From positions 18,787 to 36,460 of the forward strand of contig RQSC01000637.1 in NCBI GenBank assembly GCA_013416795.1: a DNA stretch of 17,674 bases. The letters run 5' to 3'. The notes below the pieces were generated by a model that worked only from the letters and a program-made list of their open reading frames with translations, was not told the DNA's origin and did not search any database. The first letter of the stretch is position 1. Each line of letters opens with the position of its first letter. A program made the translations under genes and the position numbers. Below are positions 1-7,981 of this stretch, one piece after another. This stretch comes from Prasinococcaceae sp. CCMP 1430. Taxonomy: Eukaryota; Plantae; Prasinodermophyta.

Positions 1-680
1 CGCCTCGCGCGCCTCGCGCCGCCATCTCTCGCGCGGGCCGCGGGCGCCCGCGCGGCCCCGCACGCTCGCTCGCTGGAGGACTCCGGCACGACGCGCAAGC
101 GCGCTTTGGGGCGGGGGGATGGGCTGTGTGCGCGCGGGCGGGGTGAGGAGTGCCGGCGCGCCCCCGCGCCGCGCGTCCCAGTGACGCGCGCTAAGGCGCA
201 GTGATGCGCTCAATTCGCCCTACGGTACACAACACGCGGCGTCACAAGTTTAGGTTCATCATTTAGGTTTTAAATTAAAGGGTTTACTCTTTTACACACC
301 ATCGCGAGCCTTGTACCCATCGAAACGACGGTGATGGAATCCTTCGGTGCGTTGGTTGAATCGCATTTCAAATGCGGAATTCGGCGGTGACGGATTCGGT
401 GGGTTCCGAGGTGCGCGTCGTCGGATCGCGAACGAGCGGTGCACGCGCGCCGCGGCGGCTGCGGAGCAGGGTCTCGGCGCAGCGGGTGGGGGCCTCGGCG
501 GCGGCGGAGCGCGTGCGTGCGTGTGCGTGTGGGGGTGGGGGTGGGGAAGGGGAAGGGGGGAGAAGGAGACGCCTGCCTGCCTGCCGCGTGGGGAGCGCGC
601 GTGGGGGGCGGCACACCGCGCGCGCACGCTCGGCACGCTTTTCCCCCACCACCCCGCCCGTCCGCACACCCCGACGAACG

Positions 681-1113
681 ATGGCGGCGACGACGCCGGT
701 GGCGGGTCTCCCGCGGCTGTCTTGCTCGACCGCACCTTGCTCGGCGCGGACGTGTGGCTCTCTGCCGCGGGCGAATCGCGCTCGGACGAGCAGGAGGCGG
801 TGGCTGCGCTCGAGGGTATNCGACGCGCGGCGCTGCGACGCGCGCGCGCTCGGCCGTGCGCGGCGCTCTCGCGGACGCGCGCGCAGGCATGGGGCTCGCT
901 GAGCAGATGGCCGTGGCGACGCCCTTCGTGCTCTCCGCGTCGGTGATCACCGTGTGGGGCAGCTTCGCGCCCGTCGAGGAGGGCTCGATGCCCGAGAAGG
1001 CCGCCGCGGGCCCGTTCACGGCCGAGGCGGAGCTCCTCAACGGCCGCGCGGCCATGGGCGGCTTCGCCGTGCTCATGCTCATCGAGACCTTCTCCGGCAA
1101 GGCCTTCTTCTGA
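681..1113 (+). CDS. ELIP-like (early light-induced / LHC-like chlorophyll-binding) protein, gene model interrupted by an N. Probable exon 681-815 (transit-peptide-like) and last exon 887-1113
   Basis: The last exon follows a GCGCAG acceptor (886) and encodes GMGLAEQ..FVLSASVITVWGSFAP..FTAEAELLNGRAAMGGFAVLMLIETFSGKAFF*. This has the LHC chlorophyll-binding motif ExxNGRxAM preceded by an ELIP-type second helix. ATG 681 opens an S/T/A/R-rich peptide with no acidic residues (MAATTPVAGLPRLSCSTAP..RRRWLRSR) that ends at a GT donor at 816. The first exon is less certain than the last. Confidence 0.8.
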
Positions 1114-1634
1114 TTGCGTCCGGTCAGCGCTCGCTCTGCCCGCTGCGACCTCGCCCACGACGCGCGCTCGCGTGTACACTAATAACATCGCGTTGATGTG
1201 ACAATCGCCTGCCCTTTTGCGGAAGCTGCAAGCTGCGTGCGAGGTGGCGACCGTGCAGGGATGCACGCGCGGCTGTCCTGCCCCTTGTGCGCGTTGCCCA
1301 CAGCCAGCTGGCGGCTGGCGGGCGGGCGGTGTGGCCCGGTCGGGTGCACGTCATGCTCGCGAGTCTCTCGTGCCGGGTGTCGGCGCTCATCGCATATGCG
1401 TTGGCGCAGGCGTTGGCACCCAACATACAAACCCTGATCTGATCCGATCCCTAAATGTTTTGTGTGTGCTGGAAGCGCCAGGCGCTGTTGTGTGAAGTGG
1501 TGGCGCCATGCGTCGTCGCGCCACACCGCACACCCCGTGCGCTGTGCGGGGTGTGTGGTGCCCCACACACCCCGTCGGGTGCGCGGCGAGCGGCACTGCC
1601 GCCTTTGCCCTAGCTCATCGAGCGAGCAGGGGGA

Positions 1635-1910
1635 ATGGCGAGGCTGAGCGGCCTGCAGCGCGACGTGCTCGCGCTGTACCGCCGAGCGCTGCGGCTTGCG
1701 CGCGCGCGCGGCGACCCGGCGCTCGCCGGCGCCGCGCAGCAGCGCGTGCGTGAGGGCGCGAGACGTGTCTCGCGGCGCGACGTGCAGACCATTGAGCACA
1801 TGCTGCGTACGGCGCGCAAGCAGCTCGACCTCGTCGAGGAAAGCAGCGGCGCCACGCGCGTCACGCTGGCCAGGGGTGGCGCGGGTGGGGGATCGCCAGC
1901 GCCGCGATGA
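1635..1910 (+). CDS. SDHAF1: LYR-motif protein, succinate dehydrogenase assembly factor 1 (SDHAF1/SDH6-like)
   Basis: Single exon: MARLSGLQRDVLALYRRALRLAR..RRDVQTIEHMLRTARKQL. The LSGLQ-x2-VL-x-LYR start and the IEH(M/L)LR motif are the SDH6/SDHAF1 signature within the LYR family. It ends in tandem TGA TGA. Confidence 0.9.
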   Translation: MARLSGLQRDVLALYRRALRLARARGDPALAGAAQQRVREGARRVSRRDVQTIEHMLRTARKQLDLVEESSGATRVTLARGGAGGGSPAPR

Positions 1911-2180
1911 TGACGTGCGCTGTGCTGGCGGCTGGCCTTACAGCGGGAGGAGGGGGAGAGGCGGCTGTCGCACTCGCGCGCTCGCGCGCCGCGCCGCATG
2001 TAACATAGCATTCATCGCCACGCACACGACGCATTCGCCGCCTGGCGCCGCCGCCGTCGCATACGCGTAGCCGCTGCGCCTATCTTGCGCAAGCCGTGTT
2101 TTCGGCAGTCGCGCCTGAGAGGTGCTCCACAGTGCGCGCGCCGCGCGCCGTGCGCGCCGTCCTGGCGAGACGCTGGCATC

Positions 2181-4095
2181 ATGGCGCCCAGCGCGCCGCG
2201 CCGCCGACCGCTGGGCGCGCACGCGTCCGCGACGGCGGAGCCGCGCGCGCGGGTGCCGCCGCGCCACCGCGTGTTCTACTTCCGCGAGTGGCTCGCGCGC
2301 ACGTACGGCGCGCTCGCCGGCACGGTGGTGCTCGACGTCGCCGGCGGCAAGGGGGACCTCGCGTGGCTGCTGGCCAATGCCGATGGCGCCGACGCCGTGG
2401 TCGCCGACCCGCGACTCACTGACCACTCCAAGGTAGCGCGCGCGTCGCGCCACCGCTTCATGCTCTCGCGCTCTCGCGAGCACGAGAACAAGGGGCGTGG
2501 CGAGCAATACGCATGCCGAGGCCGGGCGCCGTGTAGCGCGGCGAGCCCGGGCTGCGCTGGCGCTCGCTGCGGCTAGTGAGCGCGCGGCCATCCCGCACTC
2601 GTATCCTGCACGTGTAACCCGCGGCTGACCGACCGACACCGCTGACGCGCACCCGACGTTCGCGCGGGTCGGCGCACAACCACATCCCAGCTCGAGCGGC
2701 TCGCGCTGTGGCACGCGGAACACCCCGAGGAGGCGGCGCGTCGCGCGTCCGCCCACGCGGCAACGCGCACAGATACGCACGCAGCTGCGACTCCCTCAAA
2801 ACCCCCAACCGCTTCCACGCCCGCAGTCGCCACATCCTCGCACGATTCCGCCACACCCCGAGCCACCACGCCCACGCACGCCGCACCCACACCCTCCACG
2901 ATCACCTCTGCGCCCGCGCACGACTCCACGAAACCCACAGCCACGACCAGCACGGCAGAGCATGCCATAATTACCACAGAAAACACAAACGCGGGCCCAC
3001 GCGCGGCCACGGCCGGCGACGGCGGAGCAGCGCCGGTGAGGCGTGCCACAAACGCTGACGCCGGCGGCGGTCACCCAGCGGCAGCGCTCGCGCTGCGGCC
3101 GCCCTTCCTGCGAGCGCGCCACCTACGCACGTTCGTTGACTCCGCGCTGGTCGACGCGCTGGTGGCCGAGCGGCAGCGCCGGCAGCATCGTGGAGAGCGG
3201 CCGCAGGAGGAGGAGGAGGAAGAGGAGCAGGAGGAGGAAGATGGCGCGCAGGCGGCGGGCGACGAGCCCGCACGCACGGCTGAGCGCCGCTCGCCGGGGA
3301 TCGGCGGCTGGGCGTCCTACTGGGCGTCGGCGTCGGCGCGCGCCGAGGCGGAGCTCGCCGCGCCGATGGCGCACCACTCGGCGCCCGCCGCTGGCGCCGC
3401 GCAGGCCGCGGTGGTCGGCACGCCCGATGAGGCGCTGTCGACGCTCGAGCGCACGCGGCTGGTGGTGGGCTTCCACCCCGACCAGGCGACCGAGGCCGCC
3501 GTGGACCTCGCGCTCGCGCTGCGCGTGCCCTTCGCTGTGGTGCCCTGCTGCGTCTTCCCATCGCTCTTCCCCCACAGGCGCACGCGCGAGGGCAAGCCGG
3601 TGGCGAGCTACGACGAGTTCGTCGAGTACCTGCGGGCCAAGGTGGCGGGCGTGCGGTGAGTGCGCTGGCCGAGTGCGTGTGCGAGGATGTGCGCGTGTGC
3701 GTGCTTGTGTGCGCTCCTGGCCTTCCTGACGCAGGCGCGAGCGATACGCGCGCTCGCCACCGCCTCTTCCCACGTGCGCACCCCCCGCCCGGGCTCGCGC
3801 TCACATTGGCAGCACCGCCGAGCTGCCATTCGGCGGGCACGGCCTTCGCGCAGGGGAAGAGCCGCCGCGCTCGATCGTGCTCTACACGCTGCCCGAGGAC
3901 ATTGCTCCTGGCGTCAGCTCGCTGGAGTGCAGCCCCCGCCACGCGCTCGATGCCCCCCCCTGCCCCGCGCGTGCGCGTGAGAACGCCGTCGTGACAACTG
4001 CAGCTGTCGCGAGAGGCGCGCAGCCTGCGTGCGCCCAGCGTCGCGCGCAAGCAGAGCGCGGGGCACTGACGCGCGACATAAGGCATTTACTCTGA
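2181..4095 (+). CDS. Uncharacterised class I SAM-dependent methyltransferase-like protein. Exons 2181-2432, 2691-3655, 3813-4095
   Basis: Exon 1 has motif I VVLDVAGGKGDLAWLL. Exon 2 has LVVGFHPDQATEAAVDLALALRVPFAVVPCCVFPSLFPHR..V..YDEFVEYL. Exon 3 has TAELPFGG..IVLYT. Donors are AAG|GTAGCG (2433) and CG|GTGAG (3656). Acceptors are CCCAG (2690, with GCTGAC branch-like site at 2641) and GGCAG (3812). Phases agree at both junctions. Confidence 0.8.
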
Positions 4096-4129
4096 GCCGC
4101 CGTGACAGCACCTGAAAGCAGCAGCAGCA

Positions 4130-4291
4130 GACGCCGACGCCCAGTAGGACGCCCAGCCGCCGATCCCCAGCGAGCGTCGCTCAGCCGTGCGTGCGGGCTC
4201 GTCGCCCGCCGCCTGCGCGCCATCCCCGTGCTGCTCGCCCTCCTCCTGCTGCTGCTGCCGGCGCTGCTGCCGGCGCTGCCGCTCGGCCACC
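4130..4291 (-). repeat. Inverted, slightly diverged copy of coding sequence 3161-3334
   Basis: The reverse complement reads ggtggccgagcggcagcgccggcagca..gatggcgcgcaggcggcgggcgacgagcccgcacgcacggctgagcg..gggatcggcggctgggcgtcctactgggcgtcggcgtc, as in exon 2 of the upstream gene. Both translate to ERQRRQ..DGAQAAGDEPARTAERRSxGIGGWASYWASAS. Confidence 0.95.
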
Positions 4292-5659
4292 GGACAGTCA
4301 TTACGCGACCGGTACGTTCCGCACGCGGGCGGCCACAGCGCCGCCGCCGCGCGCGCCCCCGCGCGCGCGCCGGGTAGGCTTGGGGAACGCGATCCAATAT
4401 CCAAACAGCGGAAACACCGTCGCATTGGAACTCGATTCCGCCATTTACACCCATTAATATCTCACATCGCAACAATTCGGCTTCGGTGTTTTATGAGGTC
4501 AAAATCAAAATAAAAAATAAATTAAAAAAAGCCGTCGGTGGCACAGGCCAAACAACAGGCAGCAGCAGCAGGACGACCCAAAAAAAAGCACACGAAAGTG
4601 GATTCGGCGCCGGAACCCGCGCGGATTCGGGTCGCGCCGGGCGCGCGCGCGCGGGCCGCGGCTGGCGGGGGAACGCGGGCAATGCGGAGACACCTGCGCG
4701 CCGGGCGGCCCGTTCCCCGAGCGAGAGCACAATGGCCCGCGTTTCGCGGCCGCCTCGCCTTGGCGAAAACGGCGTAACCGAATCCACTTACCTTGGATTC
4801 CCTCCTGGTCGATCGACCAGCATCAGGAGGCAGTCATGGCGAAGCTCATTGCACCTTGAGCCTCGACCTGGCTGCCGGGCCCACAGGGACACGGAGTCCA
4901 AAATTTCTGGCCGGCGAGGACCTGTGCCTGCACAGCCTCGCGCCCACACCTCACCCCCGACCCGGGGGGGAGGGACCCACACACACGACGCACGCGCACA
5001 ACACACGCACACAACGCACACGCTCAAACGCGCGCGCACACGTGCGCGTCGCACGGCCGGCCGGCCGGCCGGCCGGATGTGTGTGGACCGACAGGTGCTG
5101 GGCCACATCCCAGAAGCCCGCCACCGCCAACGGCTGGCTCGCACACGCGACCGCGCATTATTGCACGCTGCTGCTTCGTCCACTTACAACGACGTCGCCA
5201 CAAGTGATCGACGCGCTCGCACCGCGCGCGACCGACCAACGCGCGCACGCCCTCCGCCGCACACGCCAGGGCACGCCGCGCATGCGCGTGGACCGCAAAC
5301 GACGAGCACGGCCCCCGCCGGTCGAGTGCCTCCTTCGTCCTCCTCCCATCGCTGCCTGGGCTGCGCCTGCCTGGCGTCGGCGACATCACTGTCTGTCTGT
5401 TGGCGACCGGCTGGCCTGGCCTGGCGCCCCGCCTCGCGCCGCAGACCTCGACTCGCGACCGCTGCGCCTCGCGTCTCAGTCGACTGCCCTGGCGGATCGG
5501 CAAAAAAAGGCGCATGCGATCGGTCGACCACACCGGGCGACGTCGAGCTGCGCCAGGAGATGCCACGCTGCTTGGCCGATGCCCCGACCGAGCCTTCGCG
5601 TCGCCAATCGGGAAGGAGAGCGCGATCCATGCCTCAAACGCGCGCAGAACTTGCGCTCG

Positions 5660-7120
5660 TTAGAACTTGGTACGCCCGACCTTTCGCCCGTAGGTGCGCT
5701 CGCCGCGCTCGACCGCCGCGGCGGCGTCGCGCAGCACCGCCGCCTTCTCGGCGCGGAAGGCGCGCACCATCGCCGCGCCCTCCTCGCCGCCCTCGCCTTC
5801 CTCCCCGCCTCCTTCCTTCGCCGCCTCCCTGCCCTCGGCGATGTCCACCGCCCGCGAAAAGGCCGCCGCCTCCGTGCGGACCGCCGAGAGCAGCATGTCG
5901 CGCGCTTTGGCGGCGTCGCCGCCGCACGCCGCGCACAGGAGGGCGTCCGCGGGCGCATCGAGCTCGCCGTCGCGCCCCAGCGTCGCTCGCTGGGGCACGC
6001 GCGCCCGCGCGCTCGCGCTGTAGCTCTCGCTGGTGCTCTCGCTGCCGCTCGGGGGGTCCGGCAGCCTCGCCTCGAAGTCCTCGAAGATGTAGACGTCCGC
6101 CGGGTTGTCGCGCTGGCGGACGCAGTGCGCGGGTGGCGGCGATGCACAGCCAGCCGGGCGTCGGGTGTCAGGACCACGAGGGAATTGCGCACGAGCAGCA
6201 GCACGAGCGGACGCGCAGCAGCGAAGAGACGTCCTAGCAGCACGCAACACAGCAGCCAACAACACACAAAAAAGGACGCGCACCTCGACGAAGCCGTAGC
6301 GCATGGCGAGGACGTCGTTGCTCAGCCTGCCGTAGCTGTGCAGGTACTCCTGGCCCTGCTCGCAGTCGGCGTCCGCCCGCAGGGTGAAGGCGTCGCTGCT
6401 GCCGCTGTGCTCGAGCCGCGTGGCCGAGCGCGTTCGGTGGTTGATGGCGTCCACCATCGGGAAGAGGCCGTAGCACATGCGCGCGTCGCCGCCCTCGCCC
6501 CCCTCGCCGTCGCCCCCGTCGGCCTCGTCGTCGCCGAGCAGGTCCTTGGCGACCAGGACCGCCGCGAGCGCGGCGCCTACAGCGCGCACTGGCTCCGGCA
6601 GCGCCTCGTTGCCCGCGGCGAACACGCCCAGCCCGGCGACCGCCGCCCGCGCGGCGAGCGGCGCCTTGGCCACCTCGCGCCCCAGCCCGCCGCTGAAGGC
6701 GCGGCTGAAGACGCAGTCGAGCGCCCACTCGAACTCGTCGCGCGAGAGGGTGCACGCGTCGGGGGCACCCGACTCGCGCGCCGCGCGCAGCCACGCGGCG
6801 GTGGCCTCCGCCTCGTTGGCGACGTCGGCCGCGAGGGGCGGGTAGCACGCCGCCTCCAGCACGCGCCTCGGCAGGCGCGGCGCGCGCGCGCTCACGCGCG
6901 GCAGCGTGTCGACGTACGCAGCGAAGCGCGAGGCGGCCCCCTTGCGGCGCTCGGCCACCAGCGCCAGCGCGAGCTGCGCCTGCCAGGGCAGCCGCACCCA
7001 CGCGGCGTCGGCGCACAGCTCGGGCGCCGCGCTGGGCTCGCCCTCCACCACGTGCAGCACGGCGGAGCGCGGGAGCTCCACGATGGGCTCGCCGCGGCGG
7101 ACGCGCGCGGCCGCGAACGT
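5660..7120 (-). CDS. SET-domain protein-lysine methyltransferase, Rubisco LSMT/SETD3/SETD4-like, 5'-truncated at N7121. Exons 7120-6284 and 6112-5660
   Basis: Motifs in the expected order: AARVRRGEPIVELP, LALALVAERRKGAASRFAAYVDTLP, FEWALDCVFSRAF, LFPMVDAINH, GQEYLHSYGRLSNDVLAMRYGFVE, and a C-terminal helix with FRAEKAAVL. Intron 6283-6113 runs GTGCGC..CGCCAG (171 nt). TAA stop at 5662-5660. Confidence 0.9.
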   Translation of the reverse strand, partial: TFAAARVRRGEPIVELPRSAVLHVVEGEPSAAPELCADAAWVRLPWQAQLALALVAERRKGAASRFAAYVDTLPRVSARAPRLPRRVLEAACYPPLAADVANEAEATAAWLRAARESGAPDACTLSRDEFEWALDCVFSRAFSGGLGREVAKAPLAARAAVAGLGVFAAGNEALPEPVRAVGAALAAVLVAKDLLGDDEADGGDGEGGEGGDARMCYGLFPMVDAINHRTRSATRLEHSGSSDAFTLRADADCEQGQEYLHSYGRLSNDVLAMRYGFVEVRVLFCVLLAAVLRAARTSLRCCASARAAARAQFPRGPDTRRPAGCASPPPAHCVRQRDNPADVYIFEDFEARLPDPPSGSESTSESYSASARARVPQRATLGRDGELDAPADALLCAACGGDAAKARDMLLSAVRTEAAAFSRAVDIAEGREAAKEGGGEEGEGGEEGAAMVRAFRAEKAAVLRDAAAAVERGERTYGRKVGRTKF

Positions 7121-7554
7121 NAGTGGAGGAGAAGCAGGGCTCCGGGGAAGAGATCGACGAAAAGGAGATCGACGGGCGCAAAAGAGGTGCGTGAAAACGC
7201 GGCACGTGGTCGTACACCTGCCGGGGTCGCGTCTGCGCGCCACTGCAAGCGCCGCTCGTGCAAAACGCCGCTGACAAAAATGCAGCACATGCCATGCAGC
7301 GACCGCGTGCCGACACGCTACTCAATGTCCCTGCTGCCCGGTACAGTACGTAGCTACAGTATGGATAAGGCCGCGTTCGGGGCACACCGCCCCCATTCGA
7401 AAAGCCCCACACGACGTCAATTCGCATGCATTCGACGCGGGCTTGCACCCCGGAGGTTTTTGACCTGGTTTCCAATGCGAAACGGAGCCTTCCGCGGTCG
7501 TTTGGAGGCGCGCGGGACTGCGCGCTCGACGTGGTGGTGAGGCGTCGGGGTTCG

Positions 7555-7660
7555 TCGTGGCCTGGTGCCTCCTCGGGCTGACGGTGGTCGTGGCCTCGTG
7601 CCTCCTCGGGCTGGCGGTCAGCTTGGCTAGTACCCCCTCGGGTTGACGGTGATCGTGGCC
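7555..7660. repeat. Degenerate 33-bp tandem repeat (~3.2 units)
   Basis: Units tcgtggcctggtgcctcctcgggctgacggtgg (7555-7587), tcgtggcctcgtgcctcctcgggctggcggtca (7588-7620), a degenerate third unit (7621-7652), then tcgtggcc. Confidence 0.85.
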
Positions 7661-7857
7661 TCCACCACCTCCTCTGAACGAATGATTGAACTGTTCTCCT
7701 CCTTCGCGAATGCGAGCCACGCCGCAGCGGCGCCGGAGCGCGTGCATGGCACGCATACGCGACTGAGGCGGCGCTGCTCGTGATGCTGTACGACTGGCGC
7801 GCGCGCCCCGCCGCCCGGGCGTAGTGGTGCACGTGCAGATTATTACTTAAATTACAG

Positions 7858-7890
7858 GCTAGTCAAGCTAGCTAGCTAGATTTAGCTAGG
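7858..7890. repeat. Short self-complementary (GCTA)n microsatellite in an AT-richer patch downstream of RAD18
   Basis: gctagtcaagctagctagctagatttagctagg. Confidence 0.6.
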
Positions 7891-7981
7891 AGAGCGATCG
7901 CGGTTTGCACTATAGCTGCTGCTCGCATCGCCCCAGCCAGGCACTGGCAGGCCGCCTCACGCAGCAAGCCTTCAGTGTCGG

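Noticed and set aside
249-267. Two TTTAGG hexamers as telomere-like repeats
   Set aside because: There are only two separated copies, not a tandem array.
3036-3078. Possible 43-nt intron GTGAG..GCTGAC..CCCAG
   Set aside because: Removing it shifts the frame away from the conserved downstream methyltransferase motifs, while read-through keeps the frame.
7555-7660. 33-bp repeats as a CRISPR array
   Set aside because: The units are directly adjacent with no spacers, there are no cas genes, and the context is eukaryotic.
4486-7832. Long ORFs 4486-6237, 4793-7540 (+) and 6234-7832 (-)
   Set aside because: These are Arg/Ala/Pro-rich shadow or alternative frames of the SET gene and GC-rich intergenic DNA, with no recognisable motifs. 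Two of them run through the N join.
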